In this document: piece by piece, positions 1 to 9,284 of the stretch
Layout: every line of letters begins with the position of its first letter
Numbering within the stretch: position 1 is the first letter of the stretch
From: Ignavibacteria bacterium
Lineage (GTDB): Bacteria > Bacteroidota > Ignavibacteria > Kapaibacteriales > Kapaibacteriaceae
DNA: 64,000 nt
NCBI GenBank assembly: GCA_947459875.1
Contig: CANHFG010000001.1
Coordinates: forward strand, 43,624-107,623
Reading direction: 5' to 3'
Position numbers and translations under genes: made by a program
Notes under the pieces: model-generated
The model's database searches: none
The model's input: only the letters and a program-made list of their open reading frames with translations
Told to the model about the DNA's origin: nothing

Positions 1-906
1 CGGCGGGCTCTACCGAGACAAGTTCCGCTTGATGCACAGCCTGCTTCATGATCGCAAGGCACTGCGCGTTAAGCTCAACGGTCTGCGCAACAAACTCCTG
101 ATCGTCCAGCGCCGCAATTGCCGCACTGCAACCGACGCCGTTCGGATCGAACGGCAGCTTGGTACGATTGAGCCACTGGATCACGTCGGGATGGCCGATT
201 GCATATCCGATGCGCAGAGCGGCCAGGCCATATGCCTTGGAGAACGTCCGCAGGCGCACAACGTTGGGTCGGCTCACAGCATCGTCCGATGGAATGGTCT
301 GCGGATGCAGCTGGCGCGCGTATTCGATGTAGGCCTCGTCCAATACAACAAGCACGGACGTTGGGATCCTATCGAGAAAGGCGATGAGTTCGTCGGCAGG
401 CACATGCGTGCCTGTGGGGTTATTCGGATTAGCGATGTAGATGACCTTGGTCGACTCGTCCACCGCATCGGCCATGGCCGACATGTCGTAACGATAACCA
501 TCGGCCAGTGGCACAAGCCGACATTTACGGTCGGCGCCAGCAACGGCCAGACGGAAGCTCACAAAGGTGCCTTCGCTGCTGAGGGCCGTTTCACCGGGAA
601 GCAGGAAGGCGCGCATGATCTGGTGGATGATGGCATCGCTGCCATTGTGTACGGCGATATGATCCGGCGTTACCCCGTGAAACTCCGCCAGGCGCACGCG
701 CAGGGCCGTGCCGCCGTCGTTGTAGCGGTTGACCGTTGAGAGTGCGTCGATAGCCGCCCGCATGGCACGTGCTGAACAGCCGAGCGGATTCTCATTGGAA
801 GCGAGCTTCTCAACGTCGCTCAGGCCGTATTGTGCCTTGATCTGCTCAGGCGATGCGCCGGGGGCGTATGCCGAAGTCGTGTGCAGATGCGGGTTGACTG
901 TGATCA
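1..906 (-). CDS. hisC: Histidinol-phosphate aminotransferase. Partial: the C-terminus runs off the window start.
   Basis: Reverse-strand translation from the ATG at 904-906 reads MITVNPHLHTTSAYAPG...KLASNENPLG...YIANPNNPTG...VLDEAYIEY...RTFSKAYGLAALRIGY, which are class-II aminotransferase/HisC motifs. The listed + ORF 29..739 is its antisense. Confidence 0.85.
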
Positions 907-970
907 TGGGCTACAAAACTACGAAGCATGCCCCTATCTTCGCGGTTCCTTACGACCACTTGGAACAGCC

Positions 971-1990
971 GTGCCGACACCCGAAAAATCACGTATCGTT
1001 ATTGTCTTTACGGGCGGTACCATCGCCTCGACGCTGGATGCGGAATGGGGCGGTGTGGTGCCAAGCATGTCGGGCGGAGAGATCCTTGCCCGCATTCCGG
1101 GGATTCGATCCGTGGCCGATATCGTGGTGCACGAGTATGGGACATTCCCCGGTCCGCACATGACCATCGAGAGGATGATGGAGGTCTCCCGCATCGTAAG
1201 CGCGTATGCCTCTGACGCGTCGATCGACGGTATCGTGGTTACGCACGGCACGGATACGCTTGAGGAGACCGCATACTTTCTTGACAGCTCCGTGCAGACG
1301 ACCAAACCCATCGTGGTCATCGGTGCAATGCGCAATAGCAGTGAGCCCGATTGGGACGGTCCGCGGAATCTCCGCGATGCCGTAACGGTTGCGGCGCACC
1401 CCTCGGCCGCAGGCCTTGGAGTGCTGGTTTGCCTTGGCGGCGTGATCACGGCTGCATCGGAGACTTCCAAGACCGACACGCAGGACCTGTCTACCTTCGA
1501 GAGTTTCGACTTCGGCCCGGTCGGCAGGATCTCCAATGGCGTCGTCTTTTTTCATCGCAGCCCCTTTCACCGGGAGAGCTTCTTGGTGCAGTCCCTGCCG
1601 GCCTTTGTGCCACTGCTGAAGTCGTATGCCGGGATGGATGAGGCGCTGATCGAGGCATGTCGAAGCGGCGGATGCTCAGGGCTTGTGATCGAGGCGTTCG
1701 GCGTTGGAAATGTCACCCCCGCGGTCTTTTCGGCCCTCAAAAGAGCCAATGACGATGGCATACCGGTGGTACTGGTCAGTCGGTGTCCGGTGGGCCGCGT
1801 CGAACATATCTATGCCTACGAAGGGGCTGGGAAGCATTTGCATGCAGCCGGCATCATCTTCGCCGATTACCTCAACGGGCAGAAGGCCCGCATAAAACTG
1901 ATCTGTGCGCTCGGAGCCGGACTGGATGTCGGGCGAATCCGTGCGGCCTTCGAATGGGTTGACGCATCGGCAGCGGGGAAGGCCTCATGA
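971..1990 (+). CDS. ansA: L-asparaginase, type I-like
   Basis: VIVFTGGTIAS and HGTDTLEETA asparaginase motifs. The ORF track opens at TTG 830, but an in-frame GTG at 971 (VPTPEKSRIVIVFTGG) gives the expected ~339 aa and avoids overlap with hisC. The alternative ATG at 887 would overlap the hisC start. Confidence 0.8.
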   Translation: MPTPEKSRIVIVFTGGTIASTLDAEWGGVVPSMSGGEILARIPGIRSVADIVVHEYGTFPGPHMTIERMMEVSRIVSAYASDASIDGIVVTHGTDTLEETAYFLDSSVQTTKPIVVIGAMRNSSEPDWDGPRNLRDAVTVAAHPSAAGLGVLVCLGGVITAASETSKTDTQDLSTFESFDFGPVGRISNGVVFFHRSPFHRESFLVQSLPAFVPLLKSYAGMDEALIEACRSGGCSGLVIEAFGVGNVTPAVFSALKRANDDGIPVVLVSRCPVGRVEHIYAYEGAGKHLHAAGIIFADYLNGQKARIKLICALGAGLDVGRIRAAFEWVDASAAGKAS

Positions 1991-3144
1991 GAGCAACCGT
2001 TGCGACGATCGACCTTGATGCCCTGGAGTGGAACGTCAGTCGCGTGCGCATGCGCGCCGCCGGCAAGGCCGTCCTCGGCATGGTCAAAGCCAATGCCTAC
2101 GGTCACGGCATGATCGATGTGGCCCGCGTGCTTGAAGCAATGGGGCTGGATGTGCTGGGCACGGCGTTCGTCGACGAGGCCGTGGCTCTTCGCAAGGCCG
2201 GCATCAGCGCCCCTATCCTCGTGCTGACACCGATTGAGCGTCACGAGATCGACGCAGTGGTCGAGCATGACCTTATCACGATTGCCTGCGATCTGGATGG
2301 TGTGCAGGCGCTCTCGGACTGCGCTCAGCGTAAGGCACGTCGGGTGTCGGTGCATCTGTACGTCGACACCGGCATGCTGCGCGAGGGATTCCGGCCGCAT
2401 GAGGCCATCGAAGCCGCACGGCATATCCGCCGGATGGCGGGAGTGCGCCTCGACGGACTCTGCACGCACTTTGCCACGGCCGACGAGCCGGCAAGTACCT
2501 TTCTGCGGGAGCAGTTATCCACCTTTGAGCAAACGCACCGCCAACTCGTCGATGACGGCTGTACCTTTGTCTGGGTTCACGCAGCCAATACCGGAGCGCT
2601 GTGGCAGGCGTCGGATTCACATTATACGCTTGTGCGGCCGGGCATCTCGATCTACGGGTATGACCATGCGCTGGGCGATGAGATGACTCTTCGACCCGTG
2701 ATGTCCATCCGCTCGCGCGTCGTATCCAAACGACGTGCCTGGCCGGGTGACACGGTCAGCTATGGCCGCCGGTATATGGTGAGTGCCGAAACAACAATTG
2801 TTACGGTGCCCATCGGGTATGGTGACGGATATCTCAGGGGGCTTTCGGGACATGCACAATGCCTTATCGGCGGACGACGCTACCCGATCGTTGGCAGCAT
2901 CTGCATGGATGAGCTGATGGTCGATGTTGGTGATGCACCGGTCGAGATCGGCAGTGAGGTCGTGCTGCTTGGCATGCAGGCCACTTCCGACGGCCACATC
3001 GAAAGCATCGACGCGGTCGAGCTTGCCACGTGGGCCGGCACGATCCCGTATGAGATCACCACGGCCATATCGGCGCGTGTCCCACGAACGTATATCGGTG
3101 GTTCGGCGCATCGAGCGCCTTCGGCCGCGTCGGATTCAAGGTAA
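1987..3144 (+). CDS. alr: Alanine racemase
   Basis: VKANAYGHG PLP-binding motif, 385 aa, ATGA overlap with the upstream gene. Confidence 0.9.
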   Translation: MRATVATIDLDALEWNVSRVRMRAAGKAVLGMVKANAYGHGMIDVARVLEAMGLDVLGTAFVDEAVALRKAGISAPILVLTPIERHEIDAVVEHDLITIACDLDGVQALSDCAQRKARRVSVHLYVDTGMLREGFRPHEAIEAARHIRRMAGVRLDGLCTHFATADEPASTFLREQLSTFEQTHRQLVDDGCTFVWVHAANTGALWQASDSHYTLVRPGISIYGYDHALGDEMTLRPVMSIRSRVVSKRRAWPGDTVSYGRRYMVSAETTIVTVPIGYGDGYLRGLSGHAQCLIGGRRYPIVGSICMDELMVDVGDAPVEIGSEVVLLGMQATSDGHIESIDAVELATWAGTIPYEITTAISARVPRTYIGGSAHRAPSAASDSR

Positions 3145-3148
3145 CAAC

Positions 3149-3952
3149 ATGTACAGCGTACGACTAGAAAACTTCGAGGGTCCACTTGATCTCCTGCTGT
3201 TCTTCATCAAGAGGGACGAGCTTGACATCTACGACATTCCGATCGCATCGATCACTCAGGAATTCCTCGATTACGTGAAGGTGCTCGAAATTCTTGATCT
3301 GGAGCTCGCCGGCGAGTTCGTCGTGATGGCTTCCATGCTCGTGCAGATCAAGGCACAAATGCTCTTGCCACGACAGGAAAAGTCCGGCAATGCGCTCGGT
3401 GAGATCGACGACGAGGATCCTCGTGCAGAACTGGTGCGCCGGCTTCTGGAGTACAAGCGCTTCCGTGAGGCCTCCGAGTCGATGATGATCTCGGCCGAGA
3501 ATCAGCGCTATGTTCTCTACAGGCAGATCTTCGAGGCTGAAGAGATCCACGCAACAGAGTCGGGTGCCTATCGCAACGCAACGCTGTTCGACCTGCTAAA
3601 GGCCCTCAAGAGAGCCATCGATAAAGCGCCGGATCAGGATGACCCGCACGTGGTGACGCGCTTTCCGATCACGGTCGAAGAGAAGGCCACCGAGATCATG
3701 CATGTGCTTCGTTCATCGACATCGACGTCGCTGTTTCGTCTTGTCCAGGGCCTTACGCGCCTGCACATTGTTGTGACCTTTCTGGCGCTTCTGGAGCTGG
3801 CCAAGAACCAGCTCATTCTGGTGCGCCAGGATGACCGGCACGATGACATTGAAATTGTTGAACGTAAGAATGACGAATCGGACGAAGTCGATGCCACCAC
3901 GAACACTGAAGCATCGGATTCTCCCGACCCTGAAGAGGAAATCGAATCATGA
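3149..3952 (+). CDS. scpA: Segregation and condensation protein A (ScpA)
   Basis: MYSVRLENFEGPLDLLLFFIKRDELDIYDIPIASITQEFL is a typical ScpA N-terminus. The in-frame ATG at 3149 follows the alr stop; the ORF-track N-extension from 2924 overlaps alr and is rejected. Confidence 0.85.
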   Translation: MYSVRLENFEGPLDLLLFFIKRDELDIYDIPIASITQEFLDYVKVLEILDLELAGEFVVMASMLVQIKAQMLLPRQEKSGNALGEIDDEDPRAELVRRLLEYKRFREASESMMISAENQRYVLYRQIFEAEEIHATESGAYRNATLFDLLKALKRAIDKAPDQDDPHVVTRFPITVEEKATEIMHVLRSSTSTSLFRLVQGLTRLHIVVTFLALLELAKNQLILVRQDDRHDDIEIVERKNDESDEVDATTNTEASDSPDPEEEIES

Positions 3953-4878
3953 ACGACATCGAACAGGAAACCTTTGAGCGCGATATCTCCACGCGCGAGC
4001 TCCCGTACTTTTTCACTCTCGATCGTATTGAGCAGTGTCGCGCGCTCGAAGCGCTGATCTTTGCCAGTGAAGAGCCCCTTACTACGCGCGCGCTTCATCG
4101 CATCCTTGTGCAGGAAGATCCGTCGCAGCAGTCGCCCGGCCAGCAGTCACTACCACTCGAGGGCGAGCCCACACCCGAGCCACCGCCGGTGGTTGCCGTG
4201 CCGACGTTCGACGTACCCAAGGGGTACTTTGACGAGCTTGTCGAGGACATCAATGATGATCTTGCGCGCTCCAGCAGACCATACCGGCTGGTAAAGATCG
4301 CGGGGGGCTTTCAGTTTGCCACGACACCGCAACATGGCATGCTGGTGCAGCGCCTTCTGAAGGCCAAGAACCGCAAGCGTCTGACGCAGGCGGCGCTTGA
4401 AACCGTGGCCATCATTGCCTATCGACAGCCCATCACCAAGGGGGAGATCGATGCTATCCGCGGCGTCAATTCCGGCGAAGTGGTCAACTCGCTGGTTGAA
4501 AAGCAGCTTGTGGCAATGGTAGGACGTTCGGAATCTCCCGGCAAGCCGCTTCTGTATGGAACCACGGAGGAGTTTCTTCGGGTCTTCGGGCTGAACTCTC
4601 TGGCTGACCTGCCGAAACTTCGCGAGATCGATGACCTGTTGAAGACCACCACGACGATGATCGATATGGACGACAGCGTGGCCATTCAGACCGACCACCG
4701 CACACTGCGGAAGCAACTGGCCATTCTTCTGGAGTCGGGCGATGGCCAGTCGCAGGGGCAATCGCCGGCGAATTCCGAAGCAACATCCGGGGCCTACTGG
4801 CAACCGGCGTCTGAAGAAATCGAGGGCGACACGCAAGAGTCAGCTGACGAGCAAGCTCCGCAGGACGCTACGTCGTGA
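3949..4878 (+). CDS. scpB: Segregation and condensation protein B (ScpB), with a long internal insert and an acidic disordered C-tail
   Basis: ScpB winged-helix core (AALETVAIIAYRQPITKGEIDAIRGVNSGEVVNSLVEKQLV...GKPLLYGTTEEFLRVFGL) and an ATGA overlap with scpA. Confidence 0.85.
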   Translation: MNDIEQETFERDISTRELPYFFTLDRIEQCRALEALIFASEEPLTTRALHRILVQEDPSQQSPGQQSLPLEGEPTPEPPPVVAVPTFDVPKGYFDELVEDINDDLARSSRPYRLVKIAGGFQFATTPQHGMLVQRLLKAKNRKRLTQAALETVAIIAYRQPITKGEIDAIRGVNSGEVVNSLVEKQLVAMVGRSESPGKPLLYGTTEEFLRVFGLNSLADLPKLREIDDLLKTTTTMIDMDDSVAIQTDHRTLRKQLAILLESGDGQSQGQSPANSEATSGAYWQPASEEIEGDTQESADEQAPQDATS

Positions 4879-5635
4879 TCACCAGTCCGTCGTAGCAGAG
4901 CTCCACGCCGTTTGGCAGGCGTTCGGAATCTATCGCGTGTCGGACCTGATGGGCGATATGCGTCAGGTATGCGCGTTTGGGCTGAAGCTCGGCGATGATC
5001 GCCAGTGACTGATCGATGGTGAAATGCGTCGGATGCTGTTCCCAGCGCAGGCCGTCGATGATCAGTGTGTCAAGCCCCCTCAGAAGATCGAGGGATGTAT
5101 CCGGGATGAAGTTCGTGTCGGTACAGTAGGCCAGAGGACCGAAGCGGTAGCCGTTAACGCGCATGCGCAGTCCATGACGCATGGGTATGGGGACGATGTC
5201 GATGTCGCCAATGCGGAAGGGTGCTTCGTCGATCTCGTGCAGCTCAACGTTGGGGATGGACGCCCCGGTGGACTGGACCAATCCAAAGGCATAGGGAAAT
5301 GTTGACCGCAGTGCATGAATGGTTTCATTCATTGCATAGACGGGCATTGCGCTGCCGCGACGAAAGGCGTATGGACGAAGATCATCGAATCCGCCGATGT
5401 GATCGAAGTGATGATGAGTATAGACCACCGCATCGAGCTCAAGGACGCCGCTACGCAGCATCTGATAGCGGAAGTCCGATGAGGTGTCGACCACCAGTCG
5501 TGTCGCGGAGCTTTCGACAAGGAGCGATGTTCGCAGACGTTTGTCGCGCGGATCTGAACTGCAACATGTCGGGCACTCGCAGGCAACGGTCGGCACTCCC
5601 GTAGAGGTGCCGCTGCCAAGCACCGTGAATCGCAT
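4868..5635 (-). CDS. MBL-fold metallo-hydrolase (PhnP-like)
   Basis: THHHFDHIGG metal-binding motif, 255 aa, start overlaps the lipA stop. Confidence 0.75.
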   Translation of the reverse strand: MRFTVLGSGTSTGVPTVACECPTCCSSDPRDKRLRTSLLVESSATRLVVDTSSDFRYQMLRSGVLELDAVVYTHHHFDHIGGFDDLRPYAFRRGSAMPVYAMNETIHALRSTFPYAFGLVQSTGASIPNVELHEIDEAPFRIGDIDIVPIPMRHGLRMRVNGYRFGPLAYCTDTNFIPDTSLDLLRGLDTLIIDGLRWEQHPTHFTIDQSLAIIAELQPKRAYLTHIAHQVRHAIDSERLPNGVELCYDGLVITT

Positions 5636-6513
5636 CAGACGTGCCGCTCGGCGTGATAGGAGCTACGAACCAGCGGGCCGGATTCGACGATGCTGAATCC
5701 CATTTTCAGTCCCTCGACTTCGTAGTGCTTGAACTCATCCGGATGCACAAACCGGTCCACGGGTAGGTGGTTCTTTGTCGGCTGCAGATACTGCCCGAGT
5801 GTAAGCACGTCCACATGAACGGCTGCGAGCTCGACCATGGTTTCGAGGATCTCCGTGGGCGTCTCGCCCAGACCCAGCATGATGCCGGTCTTCGTGCGCA
5901 TGCCTCGCTCTTTGGACTGACGAAGCACATCGAGCGTCCACTGAAATCGTCCCTGTGGGCGCACGTGACGGTACAGGCGCGGAACGGTCTCGGTATTGTG
6001 ATTCAGCACATCAGGACGGGCATCGATCACTCGTTGAAGATTATCGAGGTTGCCTTTGAAGTCAGGGATCAGCACTTCGATGGTGGTCTCAGCAGAGGCC
6101 TGGCGCACGGCGCGGATCGTTTCTGCCCAGATCATCGAACCACCGTCTTTGAGCTCATCGCGGTTGACGCTGGTGATGACGGCATGCTTAAGGTTCATCG
6201 ATGCGACCGCCTCGGCCACGCGTCGTGGTTCGTCTAGATCCACGGGCAGCGGCCGTCCGGTCTTGACAGCGCAGAAACCACATGAGCGTGTGCAGGTGTC
6301 ACCATGGATCATGAAGGTTGCAGTACCGGCGTTCCAACACTCGGTGATGTTCGGGCAACGAGCTTCTTCGCAAACGGTATGCAGGGCTTTTGACCGCATC
6401 ATGGACTTGACGCGGGCATAGTCTTCGCCACCGGGGGCGCGAACCTTGAGCCATTCGGGACGTCGTCCTGCAGTGGTCTCGGGAAGGGTGATAACGGGCA
6501 GTTCGAAATTCAT
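5635..6513 (-). CDS. lipA: Lipoyl synthase
   Basis: Radical-SAM and auxiliary cluster motifs (CEEARCPNITECW, CTRSCGFCAV), 292 aa. Confidence 0.92.
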   Translation of the reverse strand: MNFELPVITLPETTAGRRPEWLKVRAPGGEDYARVKSMMRSKALHTVCEEARCPNITECWNAGTATFMIHGDTCTRSCGFCAVKTGRPLPVDLDEPRRVAEAVASMNLKHAVITSVNRDELKDGGSMIWAETIRAVRQASAETTIEVLIPDFKGNLDNLQRVIDARPDVLNHNTETVPRLYRHVRPQGRFQWTLDVLRQSKERGMRTKTGIMLGLGETPTEILETMVELAAVHVDVLTLGQYLQPTKNHLPVDRFVHPDEFKHYEVEGLKMGFSIVESGPLVRSSYHAERHV

Positions 6514-6537
6514 TGGAGGTCAGTTCTGGTGTGTCGA

Positions 6538-7029
6538 TCAGGGGGCTGTAAGGCCGGGACGGATACGTTTGACGATCGGTCGTATTGCCTCAAGAAAGGT
6601 AGTCGGTGACTTGTAGATGTCTTTTGCCTGATTGGTCCCGTCGGCCATCATCGAGCCCATATCGTAGATGTAGCAGTTGATCAGCACACGCTCGCCGCGG
6701 AGCTGAAAGTTGCCCTGAACAGCTTTCTGGGCCCCAAGGTTTCGTACGGCCTTCCACATATCCGATTCGTACTGAGGATTATTCGGGTCAAGATTCAGAT
6801 CGGCCAGGGCAAGCTCGACGCTGTCGGCTGGGACGATGGCGAACTCCTTCTGGGCGGGATCAGTTTCGAGAAGCGCCGCTCGCAGTGAATCGGCAAACTG
6901 ATAGTTCCAGGCGTTGTATTTGATGTCGTGCGACATGTTGCGAAAGGGCAGCACGACGATCCGGGTCTGTGCACAGAGGTCGGCACCGATCAGCAGCGCG
7001 GCTGCGAGCAAGGCAAAACGTAAGCGCAT
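6538..7029 (-). CDS. Hypothetical secreted protein with a signal peptide
   Basis: N-terminus MRLRFALLAAALLIGADLCAQ. No recognisable domain. Co-directional with and upstream of lipA. Confidence 0.5.
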   Translation of the reverse strand: MRLRFALLAAALLIGADLCAQTRIVVLPFRNMSHDIKYNAWNYQFADSLRAALLETDPAQKEFAIVPADSVELALADLNLDPNNPQYESDMWKAVRNLGAQKAVQGNFQLRGERVLINCYIYDMGSMMADGTNQAKDIYKSPTTFLEAIRPIVKRIRPGLTAP

Positions 7030-7133
7030 CAGCAGGTCCTCATGTCAAGGTGAGTCCACCACGGTCGAGAAGTTCAAGGGGCTTTACAGCACCCATATTG
7101 ACCGACGGCAAAACTATGGATCATCGATCAATC

Positions 7134-7589
7134 GTAGTGCGGAGACCCCTGTAAGCCGAATTCTGTCTTCCCCACCGGGGTGGGGGAGGCAACCATTTAT
7201 CTGGGATCGATGTTGCCATCGACCTCAAGCGACCTACCCGGACGTTGTTCGCCCCCTTACAGGGACGAGGAACGGCGAACAGCCGTACGCCACCCGAGGG
7301 TAGCCAACGCCCTGCTTGGTCTTGCTCCATGCGGGGTTTACCGAGCCAGACGGTCACCCGTCTGCCGGTGGGCTCTTACCCCACCATTTCACCCTTACCT
7401 GATCCCGTGCGAGCACGGGCCATCGGCGGTGTCTTTCTGCTGCACTTTCCGTTGCCTCGCCGGGCGGCACGAGGCCGCCGAGCTTAGCACCTTCCCGTTA
7501 GGAAGCGCATTGTTCTGCGGAGTTCGGACTTTCCTCCGGCGGAACTCGCAAGGAGCTCCGCCGGCAGTTGCCCGGGATCCCCGACTACG
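7134..7589 (-). ncRNA. rnpB: RNase P RNA, bacterial type A
   Basis: The reverse complement contains GGAGGAAAGUCCG (P4), ACAGAA, CCGCCGAUGGCCCG, GGGAUCAGGUAAGGGUGAAAUGGUGGGGUAAGAGCCCACC and ACAGAAUUCGGCUUA. The 5' CGUAGUCGGGG pairs with the 3' ...CCGCACUACG to form P1. The + ORFs 6914..7303, 7180..7599 and 7245..7487 inside it are spurious. Confidence 0.92.
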
Positions 7590-7603
7590 TTGTTGTTGAA
7601 AGA

Positions 7604-8347
7604 TCAGCCCTGCGCTTCGAGCAGCTCCTCGATGTCCACGGCAACGTCCTCCGTAAAGAGGATACGGCCGCAGTTTTCGCAGGTATAAAGCTTATCGCGC
7701 TGGTACTTCATTTCCATGATCCGCTGCGAGGGGATCGCCGAGTAGCAGCCACTGCAGGAGTTCTTCCTGAGGGCCACGGCGGCCTCGCTGTGGAACGTGC
7801 GAATGCGCTCGTATTCCGCTTCCAGAGTATCATCAAGCTTGGCGATGATCTTCAGTCGCAGAGCGATATACTTCTTCAGGTCCTCATTCTGATCACCGGA
7901 AAGCGCTTCGAGTGCCTTTTCCTTGTCGACCAGCTTCGAGCGCACCTCATCGAGCTCCGCCTGCTGCTGCTGCAGTGTTGTCGTGAGATTCTCCTCGGTC
8001 ACACCTGCAGTGCGAAGCCGCTCGTCGAGATCGGCACGTTCCTGCTTGAGATGGTCGATCTCCTTGGTGATCGCGTCAAACTCACGATTGTTCTTCACCT
8101 GGAACTGCTGCTGTGCCAGCTTCTGTTCCTTGTCGTGACTCTCCTGCATGGTCACGTGGGCCGTGCTTCGGAGCTGATTGAGCTCGTCGATAGCCGCCTT
8201 GGTGGCGTCGACGGCATCCTGCTTGGCACGCACAACCTTCTCGATCTTCTTGACCTCGGCCGGGAGGTCTCCAAGTTCGTCGTGCAGCTCATCGAGTTCC
8301 GCATCGACGGCTGCCAGTTGGGCCAGAAGTTGGAGTTGTTCTTCCAT
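7604..8347 (-). CDS. Zinc-ribbon domain protein (COG1579-like, coiled coil plus C-terminal CxxC...CxxC)
   Basis: Long coiled-coil region, then CSGCYSAIPSQ...CENCGRILF. This family is typically found downstream of nif3. Confidence 0.8.
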   Translation of the reverse strand: MEEQLQLLAQLAAVDAELDELHDELGDLPAEVKKIEKVVRAKQDAVDATKAAIDELNQLRSTAHVTMQESHDKEQKLAQQQFQVKNNREFDAITKEIDHLKQERADLDERLRTAGVTEENLTTTLQQQQAELDEVRSKLVDKEKALEALSGDQNEDLKKYIALRLKIIAKLDDTLEAEYERIRTFHSEAAVALRKNSCSGCYSAIPSQRIMEMKYQRDKLYTCENCGRILFTEDVAVDIEELLEAQG

Positions 8348-8366
8348 GCATGCTCCGCAGTTAGGG

Positions 8367-9191
8367 TTACAAAACTGAAACGAATCTGTTGTCGGATGTG
8401 GATGTCGCCGTGTGGTGTCCCACAGGGCTGGTCATGACCGTGCTGCAGTGAACGGTACAGTTGTCAAGGACACGCTCGAGCACGTCTGCGATGCCGCGGG
8501 CAACGAACTGTTCCATCTCATAATGTCCCGGATCGATAAGTCCGATAACATTCTGTGCAGCATGAAATGCATGATACTTGACGTCGGCCGTGATAAACAC
8601 GTCAGCACGACCAACGACCTGATCGAAAAACGACATGCCGCTGCCGGCGACGACGGCCACATGGCGTACGCGTGAGTGTGCAGGTGGACAGAAGCGCACC
8701 GGTGCGCCGCAGACGTCTGCCACACGCCGAAGCAGGTCTTCGAATTCGAGGTCGCACGTGGTGAAAAGCCCCATGCCACCGGGCTCGCCGTCGGGCGTGG
8801 CCGTTCCGGGCACGATGGCCGACGCTGGGGTCAGTCCAAGACGGTCAGCAAGCAGCCTGTTGGTGCCCCTCGGGTGAGCATCGAAGGCGGTGTGCACGCA
8901 GTACACGCTAAGGTCGGCTCGGATGCACCGGGCAACCAGCCGAGTGACGCGCTCGCTTGCATCCAGCTTGAGAAGGGGCGAATAGATCAGCGGATGAAAC
9001 GTCACGATGGCCTCGACGCCCAGAGTGATGGCCTCGTCGACCACCGCATCGGTGATCTCCATACAGGTAAGCAGCGATTTCACCGATTCCGAGGCGCTGC
9101 GGACCTGGAGGCCGACATTGTCGCCGGACATTGCACTTTCGAGCGGAAACGTGCGTTTGAGGACATTGTGGAATTCGGTTAGGGTCATCAA
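8367..9191 (-). CDS. Nif3-like dinuclear metal-centre protein (YqfO/GTP cyclohydrolase 1 type 2 family)
   Basis: N-terminus LESAMSGDNVGLQV, HTAFDAHPRG and FITADVKYH motifs, 274 aa. Confidence 0.85.
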   Translation of the reverse strand: MMTLTEFHNVLKRTFPLESAMSGDNVGLQVRSASESVKSLLTCMEITDAVVDEAITLGVEAIVTFHPLIYSPLLKLDASERVTRLVARCIRADLSVYCVHTAFDAHPRGTNRLLADRLGLTPASAIVPGTATPDGEPGGMGLFTTCDLEFEDLLRRVADVCGAPVRFCPPAHSRVRHVAVVAGSGMSFFDQVVGRADVFITADVKYHAFHAAQNVIGLIDPGHYEMEQFVARGIADVLERVLDNCTVHCSTVMTSPVGHHTATSTSDNRFVSVL

Positions 9192-9284
9192 CTGTTAAAC
9201 TACGGAAACTGAAAGGATTAGCAATGTTATCCACACTGACTGCGTTGTAGATTTGTGCTCGTCTGTTCACCTTCCTACTACCAA

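Noticed and set aside
29-739. 236-aa + strand ORF at the window start
   Set aside because: It is the antisense of hisC, whose translation on the minus strand carries unmistakable aminotransferase motifs. This is a typical high-GC shadow ORF.
2924-3148. N-terminal 75-codon extension of the scpA ORF (and similar extensions for trmO 9868..10071, the TolB-like gene 55600..55716, HAAO 59162..59551, the BNR protein 40154..40180)
   Set aside because: The extensions overlap the preceding gene in another frame and precede the conserved N-terminus or signal peptide. The downstream in-frame starts were chosen.
6914-7599. Four overlapping ORFs (6914..7303, 6969..7154, 7180..7599, 7245..7487, plus 7121..7357 on the minus strand)
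   Set aside because: They fall entirely within the RNase P RNA gene. The conserved ribozyme sequence explains the region.
9227-9235. Perfect DnaA box TTATCCACA in the nif3/OMP divergent spacer
   Set aside because: A single 9/9 hit is expected about 0.5 times by chance in 64 kb on both strands. It is not clustered, unlike the fts upstream region.
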